A stretch of DNA of 64,000 bases, taken from assembly GCF_036971445.1 (NCBI RefSeq), contig NC_091472.1, positions 250,170,001 to 250,234,000 of the forward strand. Direction: 5' to 3'. This document shows positions 26,280 through 39,100 of this stretch, one piece after another. The notes under the pieces are model-generated. The model saw only the letters and a program-made list of their open reading frames with translations, ran no database searches and was not told the DNA's origin. The position numbers were made by a program, and so were the translations under genes. How positions within the stretch are numbered: position 1 is the first letter of the stretch; the number at the start of each line of letters is the position of its first letter. Origin of the DNA: Narcine bancroftii. Its lineage: Eukaryota.

Positions 26280-26780
26280 TTTGATGGGCAACAAGCAGGA
26301 TAAACAAAGAGTCAATGGATGTTGTTTACTGGGATTTTCTGGCCTTTAGCAAGGTGCTGCACATCGGCTGCTAAATTAGATAGGAGCTCTTCCTATTTCA
26401 GAAAAGGTACCAGCATGGATAGAAGATTGGCTGACAGAAGGCAGAGAAAGAACACAGGTGGCCTCTCTGGTTGCCTGCCAGTGGCTACTGTTGTTCCTTT
26501 TTCTACTTTTCACATGTAAATTATTTGGGTGAAGGAATTGATGGCTTTGTAGCCAGGTTGGCAGATGATAAAATAGGTGGAGGGGCAGGTAGTGTTGAGA
26601 AAGCAAGGAGTTAAGTGATTGACACAGGTTTCGCAGATGAAATACAGTGTAGTGTATAGTCATGTACTTTGATAGGAGGAATAAAGAAGTGACCACTTTT
26701 CAAATGGGTAGAAAATGAAGGTTCAGTGGAACTAGAGAGTCTGAGTGCAGGATACCCTCAAGGTTAACTTGCTGGTAAAG
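26280..26780 (+). mobile_element. Degenerate CR1-like LINE RT fragment
   Basis: Decayed WIEDWLTE(G)R.., VA(R)LADD.K and W.MK...(C).VM(Y)F-like CR1 segments. Confidence 0.5.
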
Positions 26781-26867
26781 GTTCTGTTATTATATAAATA
26801 CTACATTTAGAATGGAACATAGATGAGATTCTTTAATTTTTGCCACTTTGTCCAGTGCCCGTCACAG

Positions 26868-26951
26868 AAACCCACAGCACCTGGTATTCCCAGGCGGTCT
26901 TCTCTCCAAGTACCAACCAGTCTTGAGCTTGCTTAATTTCCAAGATCAGAC
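26868..26951 (-). pseudogene. 5S rRNA-derived fragment (pseudogene or SINE3 head)
   Basis: The - strand GTCTGATCTTGGAAATTAAGCAAGCTCAAGACTGGTTGGTACTTGGAGAGAAGACCGCCTGGGAATACCAGGTGCTGTGGGTTT matches the 3' two-thirds of vertebrate 5S rRNA with many substitutions; the 5' end is missing. Confidence 0.85.
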
Positions 26952-28549
26952 TGCTTAGGAACACCAGGATGTGAGTGGAAAGAAAAAGGCTGAGAACCAC
27001 TGTTCTAGACATTTATCAACTTTTAAAGCCTGCTACGACATCCAATAACTCATTTTTCATGTTATAGAATTTCACCATTCACCTCCCAAATCTCCAGCAA
27101 CAATGTCCTTCTTACCAAATACAGATGATGATCATTCCTCACCTATGCCCTCTGGCTCTTTTGATGAGAGGTGCAGGCCCAAAACATTGGTTACCCTTTA
27201 CTTCCAACAGATGCTGCATGACTTGCTGAGTTTCTCCAGTACTTTTGTGTCTTGCACTACAATCCTAGCATCTACAGACTTTCCTATTTTAAATTTTCCT
27301 TTGGTCTCTTCTTATTCTTAAAGTGCTTTGGGATTTTTAAATGGAACTTGTTGTTCAATTTTGTTTCCTTGTTTTCTATTTACAATAGTGCTTCTAGGTA
27401 ATGTGAATTTAGACAGACAGACATGCATATTGCATGGTACCAGGCCCTTCCAGTCATGGTGAGAATGTGCAAACTCCTTACAGACACCACCAGATTCAAA
27501 CCCGGATCACTGGTGCTGTAACAGCATTGTGGTAACTGTGCTGCCCTTAAGTACAAGATACTTTGGATGCCTTGAGATGAAAAGTCTTATGTAAAAAAAA
27601 AATTCTACTAAAATACATTATTTATCTAACATAAAAAGACACTCCCTCTTGCAGTATTGTGGTGGATATGTTTGAAAATTTGAGGGCATTTGGTCCTGAG
27701 TAACAACTTCATCAGATGAGCTGTTACTGTGAAGACCTTAAAAAAGAAATGCTGATCTGAGAGGCAAATTCCCTTTTGATGTGAAAGCTACCTTCCTCAT
27801 CGACCAAGTACTGCACACTTTTCAGTGCTGTCTCACTCCCAGCTATTGCCTCCATTCCAAAGAGAAAACTTTTAACACTCATCTTTTTCAGTTTCATCCA
27901 CTTCTACTTTGCATACATAGTCACCTGAATCAAACCCTATAATTTTCATGTCTTCCTCCAGGACTTGTTCTTGTTCATTATCAGAGGGTTCTTGCCCCCA
28001 CAATGCCTTTTGATAGCCAACTTCATATTTTCCTCACTTCTCTTGTTGGCTCCACCTCCCATTTCCATTCTCTTCAACAAATTACATTCTCTTCCCACAT
28101 TCTTTTTATCACCACTCATTTCATGCTTTATTTTCAAAAGCCCTTAAACACTCCTTCCTCTGCTCTTTCCATCCTCTGTTAAATCTTAAATTACACAAAA
28201 ATTCATTCCACATTTTCTATGCACTGGTTTTGCAAAGAGGCCACAATTTCAAACTTTTAAAAATCAATTACTAGTTACTGCAATGTATACAGTTTTGTTG
28301 TTTGTCCAGAACTGCTGCTTACAGTATGATGTCACTTTAAAAGCATTACTTCAAATCACAGGTTATTTCAGAATGAGGCCAAGATGGGTTTTGTACATTA
28401 TAGACTCAGTCATAGAGCATGACAAAAATTATTTAATAAGTACAGTAACAAAATTCCATGAGGTGTATTCAATCAAGTTAAAAGTTATTAAAAATAAAAT
28501 GCTTTTAAAAATATTTTACCAACTATTTAAGAAAATCTGAAAACATTAT

Positions 28550-29623
28550 TCAATAGTATAAAAGTTGACATTCCTTTTCCAGCAGTCCTTTAAAAACATC
28601 ATAATGGTGATTAAGATCTTTTCTTGTATGTATTTTATATTTAGTTCCCAATGCTCCATCTGGGAAGGAGGTTGCATAAAAAACTCTGTGTATTCTGGAA
28701 TGTACCAATGCCATTGCACACATCACACAGGGTTCTCTGGTAACATACAAATCATACCCAGTGCATATGTAAGGCAGTCCATTTGCCTCAGTTTCTTTTG
28801 GAATATGGTCATCTAACAGATGCAAAGGTTTTGCAATGCTGATTGCATCATAACCTAGAAAAAGTTCTGCAGATGTAAAATTGCACTTCGGATACTTGTT
28901 ATGATTAAAAGCACCACCTCCTTGCCGATAAGCAACCTGATCAATACACACCATAACTGCATGAAGCAAAGGATTTAGTCCATTTCTGCAGTCATGACCT
29001 ACAGCAATTATACTGTCAGATGCTGGATTAACTATTACAGCACCAACTGGTTCCATCCCCAATTCTTTTCCTGTTTTTGCAACTTCAATGGCTTTCTCCA
29101 TAAAAGCCTGCATCTTTGCTTTCTCTTCAATATTAAATAGCTGGCCTCTGAGGGCTTCTGTCATTTGCTTGTTTTCATGGAACGATGTTGGCCAGTGCTG
29201 GCTAGCAACTTCAAATTGCAGTCTCGTCAATGGTTGGTGTGCAGGTATCTTGACCAAAAAAGGTTCTCCAAGACCAATGACATCAATATTTCCTTCTGGA
29301 AAGAGCCCACTAAGAGTGACTTCTCCGTTTAGTGCACCTGTGTCATTCAAATCACTAAGTAGGCAAATAATAATCTCTAAAGGATGATTACTTTTCTTCT
29401 CCCTGCATGGTCGTACTCTCTTGATGTGTGGGAGAGTGCTTAATGGATAGACATCAGCCAGACGTTTGACAAGAGTCGCTGTTTGTTTTTTATTGATAAT
29501 GGGGGCTGCATATGCTTCCAGAAATTTAACTTCACAAGACTTCTCGTCTGAGAGTACGGGCATCAGCTCCCAAGTGAAAGAGCCAAATGTTTCAGTTTTT
29601 CTCTTTTTGCACTGTGGCTCCAT
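28550..29623 (-). CDS. ADAT3: tRNA adenosine deaminase 3 (non-catalytic subunit of ADAT2/3, I34), single coding exon
   Basis: 357 aa with LPHIKRVR, WPTSFH, the pseudo-active-site HAVM (Val replacing catalytic Glu), YICTGYDLYVTREPCVMCAMALVHSRI and DGALGTKYKIH..DLNHHY. Kozak context ACCATGG. Confidence 0.95.
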   Translation of the reverse strand: MEPQCKKRKTETFGSFTWELMPVLSDEKSCEVKFLEAYAAPIINKKQTATLVKRLADVYPLSTLPHIKRVRPCREKKSNHPLEIIICLLSDLNDTGALNGEVTLSGLFPEGNIDVIGLGEPFLVKIPAHQPLTRLQFEVASQHWPTSFHENKQMTEALRGQLFNIEEKAKMQAFMEKAIEVAKTGKELGMEPVGAVIVNPASDSIIAVGHDCRNGLNPLLHAVMVCIDQVAYRQGGGAFNHNKYPKCNFTSAELFLGYDAISIAKPLHLLDDHIPKETEANGLPYICTGYDLYVTREPCVMCAMALVHSRIHRVFYATSFPDGALGTKYKIHTRKDLNHHYDVFKGLLEKECQLLYY

Positions 29624-29739
29624 GGTATCTTCGACCTCAGATTTGGGGAAACAATCAAGGCCTCAGTTCTGTCAAAGGTCTTCGCTCTGCAACATGAACT
29701 GTTTCTCTTCCAACAGATGCAGAGTCATGCACGTTTCGA

Positions 29740-29990
29740 AAGCGGTCATCGCGTTTCCGACAGATGGACCTCTTTACCCGATCAATTGCAAGAACAGCAG
29801 GCAGGCTTCTCATCCGCAAAGTCCAGCACACAGCCACATTTCCGGCGCAGACGTTGCATTACCCGGCTGTCCCCTTGATTGGAGCACGAGGCGTAGTCCA
29901 CATGCGCAGTCGCGGGGCTGCGGTCGGGCGGTGCCGTTACCAAGGGAACCCCGGGGAAAGCGCGATCGATCCGCGCGCAATTGATACAGT
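29740..29990 (-). promoter_or_regulatory. CpG-rich ADAT3 promoter/5' UTR
   Basis: CpG cluster immediately upstream of the ATG; ATTGG, CATGCGCA (NRF1-like) and X-box-like GTTACCAAGGGAAC (29936-29949). Confidence 0.65.
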
Positions 29991-30176
29991 GATGAGACTT
30001 TGCTGAAATCCTCCTCTCCCACCCACCTTCGTTCTCTACCTCTTGTGCCACTAACTAATCCCCCGCCTGCTGGACAGTTCCCAATGAGTTCAGGGTCAAA
30101 CTGTTAGGACGGTTTTTATTTGGGAGGAAGTTGGGCTAAAATAAAAGCTTTATCATTCTAATTTTGACTTGCCACA

Positions 30177-31790
30177 TGATCTTTTCCCTATCGTTCATAT
30201 TGATCACTATTACTGATGTAATTTAAACCTTAAAGTAAAACTCTAGAAGACAACAGCACAGTACAGGCCCTTCAACCCTTGAATATTGTGCCAGCCTATA
30301 TATTCCTACCAAAAATATTAAACCCTTCCTACCTTATAACCTTCTACTTTCATCCACAAGGTTGACGAAGAGTCTCTTAAATACCCCTAACGTTTTAGCC
30401 TTGGGAGGGGTTCTGTTTTTTTACAAGCAGAGAGGAAAGAAAACAGGATTTCTCTGAGAGACAGTGTGTGTAAGAGAGAGAAGGTGTTCTTTGAGGCTGC
30501 ACATGGCAAGCTGGCAGGCTTTTTGAAAATCCCATTTTGAAGACGGGTCGTGAGTTCTGAGTTCAGCCTGTTGTAGTTCTTACAAGACGAAATGGATGGC
30601 TAGAGTGAACTTTGGGAAACAAGAGGAACTCTGTGGTGGCCTGGAAGAATAGGTTATCATTTGGAAAACTCATGATAGGGCAAGCTTCTTCAGCAAGACA
30701 ATGAAGTGGCTGATTGGAGGAAATTAGTTTGAGTGTATCCAATGAGCCACAAATATCTCTCTGAAACCAACAAGAACTTTCCTGAGCGGTTACCATTTAG
30801 CTTTAAGTACCAGAGCCAGGTGAAAATTCATAAATGTTAAATTCTGTGCACAGTATAAGAATTGCCTGATATTGGTGAATTTGGAGAAGTGATCTTTTCC
30901 CTATCGTTCATATTGATCACTATTTCTGATGTAACTTAAACCTTAAAATAAAACTCTAGAAGACAACAGCACAGTACAGGCCCTTCAACCCTTGAATATT
31001 GTACCAGCCTATATATTCCTACCAAAAATATTAAACCCTTCCTACCTTATAACCTTCTACTTTCATCCACAAGGTTGACGAAGAGTCTCTTAAATACCCC
31101 TAACGTTTTAGCCTTGGGAGGGGTTCTGTTTTTTTTACAAGCAGAGAGGAAAGAAAACAGGATTTCTCTGAGAGACAGTGTGTGTAAGAGAGAGAAGGTG
31201 TTCTTTGAGGCTGCACATGGCAAGCTGGCAGGCTTTTTGAAAATCCCATTTTGAAGACGGGTCGTGAGTTCTGAGTTCAGCCTGTTGTAGTTCTTACAAG
31301 ACGAAATGGATGGCTAGAGTGAACTTTGGGAAACAAGAGGAACTCTGTGGTGGCCTGGAAGAATAGGTTATCATTTGGAAAACTCATGATAGGGCAAGCT
31401 TCTTCAGCAAGACAATGAAGTGGCTGATTGGAGGAAATTAGTTTGAGTGTATCCAATGAGCCACAAATATCTCTCTGAAACCAACAAGAACTTTCCTGAG
31501 CGGTTACCATTTAGCTTTAAGTACCAGAGCCAGGTGAAAATTCATAAATGTTAAATTCTGTGCACAGTATAAGAATTGCCTGATATTGGTGAATTTGGAG
31601 AAGTGATCTTTTCCCTATCGTTCGTATTGATCACTATTTCTGATGTAACTTAAACCTTAAAATAAAACTCTAGAAGACAACAGCACAGTACAGGCCCTTC
31701 AACCCTTGAATATTGTACCAGCCTATATATTCCTACCAAAAATATTAAACCCTTCCTACCTTATAACCTTCTACTTTCATCCACAAGGTT
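30177..31790. repeat. 714-bp tandem duplication, ~2.3 copies, near-identical
   Basis: Identical 77-aa ORFs at 30563 and 31277 (offset 714). Units start TGATCTTTTCCCTATCG at ~30177, ~30890 and ~31604. Confidence 0.93.
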
Positions 31791-32515
31791 TTTTTAAAAT
31801 TTTTTTTTTCACACCATAAATCACATTAACCATGATACACACTTTTTTCTTTTCACACATATACAGTGCCATTTTCTCCCCACCCCCCCTCCTCCCATCC
31901 CACCCTCCCTACCTCCCCCCTCCCGTCCATTTAAGGTACAAAATCTAGGATACATTAAACCAGTCAGACAATGTTGTCATTCAATAAAAATACACCAGAA
32001 ATTCCACTGAGTCCATTCTTTTCATTTCCTTTTCCTTCCGTTAACTTAGGTAGTGATTGTCCCCGGTAGGTTTTCGCTATTGTGTTTCATGTAAGGCTCC
32101 CATATTTGTTCGAATATTTCAATATTATTTCTTAAACTATATGTTATTTTTTCTAATGGAATACATTTATTCATTTCTATATACCATTGTTGTATTTTCA
32201 AATTATCTTCCAATTTCCAGGTTGACATAATACATTTTTTTTGCTACAGCTAGAGCTATCTTAAATCTTTTTTGTGCATCCTCCAAATCAATTCCAAATT
32301 CTTTGTTTTTTATGTTACTTAGGAGGAAGATCTCTGGATTCTTTGGTATATTGTTTTCTGTTATTTTATTTAATATCTGATTTAGATCTTCCCAAAATTT
32401 TTCTACTTTCTCACATGTCCAGATTGCATGAATTGTTGTTCCCATTTCTTTTTTACATCGAAAACATCTATCAGATACTGTTGGGTCCCATTTATTTAAC
32501 TTTTGAGGTGTAATG
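31791..32515 (-). mobile_element. 5'-truncated L1-clade LINE with 14-bp TSD
   Basis: ORF2 C-terminal CFRCKKEMGTTIHAIWTC motif; poly-T at the left end; TSD TCATCCACAAGGTT at 31777-31790 and 32516-32529. Confidence 0.9.
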
Positions 32516-34179
32516 TCATCCACAAGGTTGACGAAGAGTCTCTTAATACTGGAGTATTAAAGCAAAAGACTTTCCTGAACATATACACATAACATACACA
32601 TGCGCTTAGAATTAGAAGAGGGTTAGGTTAAGTTAATAGTAATAAGTTAAAGTTTGATCCTGTTTTTATATTTAAAGAAAATTAAAAGCAACTTTTGTTT
32701 AAGTAGCCATTTGTCTTGGTGAATTTCTATTGCTGCTGGGTTTTGGGGTCCTCTGCTTGTAACAAAGGAGACTGATGGGAAACTTAGTTGAGATGTACAA
32801 AGTTATGAGAAACCTAGAGTAAATAGGGAAAATCTGTTTCCTGCATCTGATAAGTCAAAAACCAGTGACATAAATTAATTTTGTGGAATAATTAGAAAGA
32901 AGTTAAAATGCATCCATAAAAATCTAGGGACCTGAGATTCACTAGCTAAGGAGGTGGGAGAGTTAGAAACTCTCATCACAGTTAAACAGCATTGGATACT
33001 AGGAAGAGGTATGACTTCTAACTCCACAGACCCAAGTGCTGAACAAAGGGATCAGTTTGTTCTTTTCTGACAAGCTGACCAACCTCCTTTTATTCCTACA
33101 TGTTCTTTGATTAAATGCAAGACCACAGAGAAATATGGAAATTAACTTCATCATCAGCATCTGGATTGAGAAAGGGTGGATTCTCCATGGAGACAGACCT
33201 GCTGCATAATTACAAACTGTTAGAAATAGAAGTACCTTTAAAGAAATTGCTCGAGACAAATATTGAGAACAAAGAACATTTATTACAACAACAATGCAAA
33301 GTTGGGTGCTTCCCCTTACCCTGGGAATACACACATACACTGGGGCTCACCCAACTTTTATACAGTAAATTTCAGTATCAGAATACCCTCCCCCTTACAT
33401 TCTTCTGCCTCCTGCTGGAGAGGTTTGGCATTAGGCAATCCTTCCTGCCTACGTGCAGTTTCAGTATACTTGGAGAACCAGGGGGTATCCTGTCGGTGTC
33501 CCTTCATGTTATTGTCCTTATTCACACCTTCCTGATTCTCGGGGCTACAGTCTCTTGGTATGCAGAGTTGGCTCATCCTGTCTAGGGTTGGCTAATTTAA
33601 TATGTATAAATCTGTGTAAGGTTAGCTAATTAGATATGTAGGACTTGGTACTTCTGTCCAGGGCTAGGAGACCCTTATCTGATCCAGACTACCTCAACTT
33701 CCTACATTGTCACAAAGACTAGAAGATTCTTATGTTAATCGTGCTGACTGCTTTCCTGCATCCTAATCCCCAAGCTCATCCTGTTTGTACTGGTTACAGC
33801 CATTAACTGATGTATGAATTTTAGTTTCCTTCATGTTCATAATTTTAGATCAGTTTTCCCATCTCTCACAAAACAAAATAGAAGGTCTGGCCACAGAATG
33901 TGATGAAGGTGGAAACCGGGAGGAACCTATTGTGGTCTTCAGGAGCATTGAGCCAAACTGTGCTATACTACATAAATAGTCTACTGTAACACACATCACT
34001 GGCTGCCAGAGTCTCTACCACTCTACCACCAGTTCATTCACTGTAACACACATCATTGGTTGACACAGACCTGACCACCAGTTCATTCACAGTGCCATAG
34101 ATCACTGGCTGTCAGAATTTATATCCAGTTTCTTCTGTGCAACAGACATCAACTGCTGTTACATGCATGTTCCAATGAA

Positions 34180-34850
34180 TGATTCAGTGATAGGGTTTGT
34201 GGCAGAAGTGATGTGTGTTACAGTGAAGTGAACTTGTCAGGTTTGTTGTGAAAGAAATGAAGGGTTTTGATGCCTTCGGTATGGGGTATTGACGTGTATG
34301 ACGGAATGACCTTGGTGAAGATGAGACAGACAAATTCAGGGAACTGAAAGTTTTTGAAGTAATGGAGGGTATGTCAAGTATTGTGGATATAGGTATGGAG
34401 GGACTGGAGCAAGGGGTACGAAACAGAGTTGAGGTAACCAAATTACCATTTCAGTGGAGCAGGGGAACATGGAAAAGATTATTCTATGGGGACAATTGTG
34501 CTTGTGGATCTTCGGTAGGAGGTAGAACCGGGCTGTGTGGGGTTTGGAAACAATGAGTTTGGAGGCCATGGAAGGGAGATGACCAGAAGTGATATGTTCA
34601 GAGATAGTGCTTGAGTCAGTGGATTGATGAGTTTTGGTGGGGTCCTGTCGAAGGGCTAAGTGAAAGGAGGTATCAGAGTTGTCGTTTGGCTTCAGTCAGA
34701 TAGAGTTTGATATGCCAGACCACATCATCACCACATTTGTCTGCAGGTTTGATGATGAGGTTTGGATTAGTGCACAGAGAGTGGAGGGCAAGGTATTCCG
34801 GGGGGATGAGATCGGAATGAGTGAGGGGTTTGGTGAAATCGAGGTCTTGT
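34180..34850 (-). mobile_element. Penelope-like element, left part (continues at ~43977-44400)
   Basis: TARFYLLPKIHKHNCPHRII RT motif; collinear with the 12850-13480 copy. Confidence 0.75.
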
Positions 34851-35381
34851 CATGCCAGAATTACCTCGTTCCTAAGTAAAGACCTGGACCCACTACAATT
34901 CGTCCACAGCAGATGTAATCTCATTGGCTCTCCACTCAGCCCCAGATCATCTAGACAACCGCAACATCTATATCAGGGTGGTTCTCACTGATTACAGATC
35001 AGCTTTCAACATTTCAGTACAGGTCAGCAAGCTGCAAAACCTGGACCTTTGCACCTTCCTCTGCAAATGGATCCTTGATTTCCTCATCAGAAGACTTAAA
35101 GTCAGTGTAAATTGGTAACAATAGCTCTTCCTCACTGACAATCAACACAGATATACCTCAAGGATGCATGCTTCTCCCACTGCTGTACTCTCTCCACACC
35201 CATGAATGTGAGGCTAGGTAGAATTCAAATGCCATCTACAAATATGTCCATGACACCACAGTCTTCATCAGAATCACAGGTGGCAATGAGGAAGTGAGAT
35301 AGATCAGCTAATTGAGTTGTGGCACAACAACATTGCACTCAACATTAGCAAAATTAAGGAACTGATTGTGGACCAAGAGGG
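34851..35381 (+). mobile_element. Rex1/Babar LINE, left part (split by the ERV)
   Basis: YIRVVLTDYRSAFN, LCKWILDFL and LNISKIKELIVD; the sequence resumes at 43334. Confidence 0.85.
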
Positions 35382-36192
35382 TGTTGGAATCTAGGGGTTA
35401 AAACAGTATGAAATAAATGATTAATTAATAAGTGTATATTTACTGCATGGTTCAGGGAAAAAGGAATGTGATTAAGTGGCAATCACAGCATGGAGCAAAG
35501 TTGGCTGAGCAAAATTGTCTGCTCCAAAATACAGGGAGAGGAAATGCATAAAACGATTTAGGAGGAATGCTCAAACTAAAGGAGGTGGTGAGTAGCACAG
35601 GAGACACAGGCCAGATCAGAACAAAGAATGGCCTGCAAGAAACAAAGGGAATGGAAAACCAGTCTAGGAGGAAGATTAAGGCAGGGGGAGGTGTTAAAGA
35701 GAACAGCAGAAATTGGCCGGACAAGAACAGAATGGTGATTAGAAATATCTGGGGATGAATTAATTTCTGATCAACACAACAGGATAGTCTGGCCTGGAGG
35801 ATTAAGATGGGAGTGCTACACCCCAGATATCTGCAAAACAGGAGGTGACTTGTGATAACCCTTATGCAAAAAGATCTAGCAAAGGAAGACAACTTTTGTT
35901 CTGTATGATAATGAAATCTAGCAAAGGAAGCCAACTTTTGTTCTGCATGATAAGGTTGATCTATATAAACTGAGCCAACTGGACAATAGGGGTCAGTCTT
36001 GGGGAATAGCTCACTGTGCAGGTGACCTATGAACTAATGACTGACCCAGAGCTCTGTTAAGTTTTATTCTTGTGCTGTGTAATAAATTGACTGTTGAACC
36101 GAATACCTTCTCCTATCACTTCATTCAAAGAACACGCTGGACTCAGACTACACATAGACTAAATTAAGAGTAAGGTAAAGCCAGAGTCCGAC
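35382..36192 (+). repeat. ERV LTR, inverted copy (U3 outward, U5 fused to integrase)
   Basis: TGTTGGAATCT...GAGTCCGAC. TATATAAA at 35962, AATAAA at 36081, 42-bp direct repeat 35874-35953. Reverse complement of 42523-43333 with one mismatch noticed (35845 G vs A). Confidence 0.95.
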
Positions 36193-39100
36193 TTGCATCC
36201 CATTGAGCTTACCTCATTCTTCGTAGTCTGAATTTCGGCTCCCGGTCCTGGAAACTGGTGCCCTGTTTGTAGTTCATATGGAGTAAATCCTGTCACAGAA
36301 CTTACCAAACTCCTTATTGACATTAATGCCAGGGGCAACGCATCCACCCAATTTAGTTTGGTCCGTGCTTGTACTTTCCCGATCTTACCTTTTATTGTTT
36401 GGTTCATCCTCTCCACTTTCCCTTGGGATTGCGGATGGTACACCGTTCCAAAGGCATGTTTCAATCCCAACATTGCTTCTACCTCCTGTAGATCGTTATT
36501 TTTAAAATGACTTCCATTATCAGACCTAATTTTCCTAGGAAATCCGTGTCTCGGAATGTACTGGTTGATCAGGAATTTACATACCATCCTTGCATCTTCT
36601 CTTTTGGCAGGGATTGCCTCCGGCCACCCTGTGAACACATCTACTGCTACTAAGAGGTATCGATAGCCACTTACCCTCTCAATCATGTCCGTATAATCAA
36701 GTACGATTTCCTGCCCTGGTAACTTAGGTAATGGGAACTGTCCTTCATGTGGCTTTACAGTCGCCTTTACATTGAAAGTTATACATACCTCACACTCTCT
36801 AATATGGTTCTCCACCATCGCCGGCAGGAAGGGGTGCCACCAATGTATCAAGTACCTTATCATCTGCTTCTTTCCACAGTGTGTTAGCCCATGCGCCTCC
36901 TCGAGGAGGGGTTTCATGAGTCCAGATGGTAAAACTGGCCTCCCGTCTATCGATCTCCATAGTCCTTGATCCTTGGTTGCCCCCCTTTTCTCCCATACCA
37001 TCCTTTCCTGAGGTGATGCCTTTGCTTGTTCCTGTATTATTACTTCTACCCTACACGGTGGTAATAAGTCATGTACTGTTCTGTCTGCCTGTATCATAAT
37101 AAACTGAGGGCCGTATCCTGCTGCCCTTTTAGCGGCCATGTCCGCTTCCTGATTTCCCCGAGCCACCATCGTATCTGTTCTATCATGTCCTTTACATTTA
37201 AGAACTGCTAATGCCCTTGGTTTCAGGAGGGCCTCAGCCAGTTTCCTAACGTCCTTCTCGTGTTTAATTGGGGTCATTGCTGCTGTTAAAAACCCACTTC
37301 TAATCCATTGACTAAGTTCAACCTGTATTGTCCCTACCACATATGCCGAGTCTGTATATATATTGACCTCATTCCCTTCTGCCCATTCTAATGCTGCTAT
37401 CATTCCCTGTAGTTCTGCAAGTTGTGCTGACTCCTTTCCTCTCACTGTCCCTGTAATGATTTCTTCAAATCCTCCTGTAGTTTTTCGTACCACCGCATAG
37501 GCAGCTTTCAATCCATCTGTGGGGTGTCTGTAACAACACCCATCTGTAAATAAGGTTTCATCTGGTTCTCTTAAGGGTGTAGCCTGTAAGTCAGGTCTTA
37601 TTTTAATATCCTTTACTACCCTCTTCTCACAACAGTGTGGTTCTCCCTCTCCCATATTGTCTGCCATGTTAATGCCTTCATGGGTAAATGTAACATTTGG
37701 AGTATTCAGGATCTTTTCTAGTCTCGTCTGCCTTAGTGAAGTCATTGTACATGCTGTCGAGCTCACAAATGCTACAATGCTATGTGTTGTTAATACCGTC
37801 AGGCCATGTCCCATTACTATGTGTGCCACCTTTTGTAAAATCTTTGCTACTCCTGCTGCATGTCTCGTACATGGTGGGTGTCTGTCTTCCGTTGGGTCTA
37901 GTGTGATACTCACATACATGAGCACACATCTTCCACCCCCTTTTTTCTGAAAAAGAACACCATCGATTGTGTGTGCTTTTTCAGAAACATCCAAAAAGAA
38001 AGGCAGTTTATAATTTGGAATTGCCAAATCTGTAGCTGTTGTAAGAGCTTGCTTCAATAGAATAAAACTCATCTCAGCCTGTGCAGTCCAATCAAGTGTA
38101 GCTCCCAGATTCCTCATCCCCTGCTCATTCACCAAAGTTCGCAGTGGATGTGTCAACTCACCATACGATGGGATAAACTGCCTACTATAACCTGACAAAC
38201 CCAAAAACGAAAGCATTTCCTTAACTGTCTTTGGTTTTGGATGATGTAGTATCGCTGTTCGATGTGCAGGGGAAATCCCTGTGCCTTTCGCTGAGACCAT
38301 TCTACCTAAAAAGGTGACCACCTGTCTGCAGCATTGCAGCTTTGAGCGAGAGACTTTAAAGCCTGCCTTGAACAGCTGCACTAGCAGGAGACAGGTGGCC
38401 TCCAAACAGGAGATATGATCAGGTGCTGCTAATAGGATGTCATCTACATACTGGATCAGAACTACCCCACCTGGCAGTGCTAGCCCCCCCAGCTGTTCTT
38501 TCAACACCTGATTGAAAATCCCTGGAGATAAGATAAAGCCCTGCGGAAGCCTAGTATACCGCAACTTTCTACCTCTATACGTGAACGAAAACACATCTCT
38601 TAATGGTTCTGCCAGCGGCAAGCAAAAGAAAGCATTCGCTAAATCTATGCAAGAGAACCACTTGTGGTTGGGGGTTAAAGCAGTCATGGCAGTATATGGG
38701 TTTGGTACTGGAACTGTGGGTGTTCTCACAATACCATTGATGCGCCTTAAGTCATGGGACATCCGATATTTGCCCGTGTCTTGTTTAGGAACAGGTAAGA
38801 TGGGTGTATTCCAACTAGAACGCGAATGTTCCAACACCCCTGAATACATAAGGCCATCAATGGTCTCTGCCAAACCTTCCTCAGCTTCAGGTTTGTTGGG
38901 ATACTGCATCTGCCAAATAGGGGTGTAATCTGACAGTTCGAAGGTTATGGGATCAATCTGCTGACAAAAACCCACATCTGCTGATCCCACTGACCACAGG
39001 TTCTCAGGGAGAGAATCTAGCATAGGGGCTGAGTCGGGGTGATCCATCTTCTCTCTACCATGAAAGCGTTCAATCTGTCTATGCTCAAGGAGGACTTGAT

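Noticed and set aside
26868-26951. Functional 5S rRNA gene
   Set aside because: Lacks roughly the first third, has many substitutions, and is not in an array.
29466-29984. 172-aa ORF antisense to ADAT3
   Set aside because: Shadow ORF with a non-ATG start and no motifs.
33115-33585. 156-aa ORF
   Set aside because: No recognisable family; appears to cross unrelated sequence blocks.
35452-35934. 160-aa hydrophobic ORF in both LTRs (also 42781..43263) as an accessory gene
   Set aside because: Antisense to U3, starts at TTG, and has the F/L/S/P bias expected from the complement of a purine-rich strand. It is duplicated only because the LTR is.
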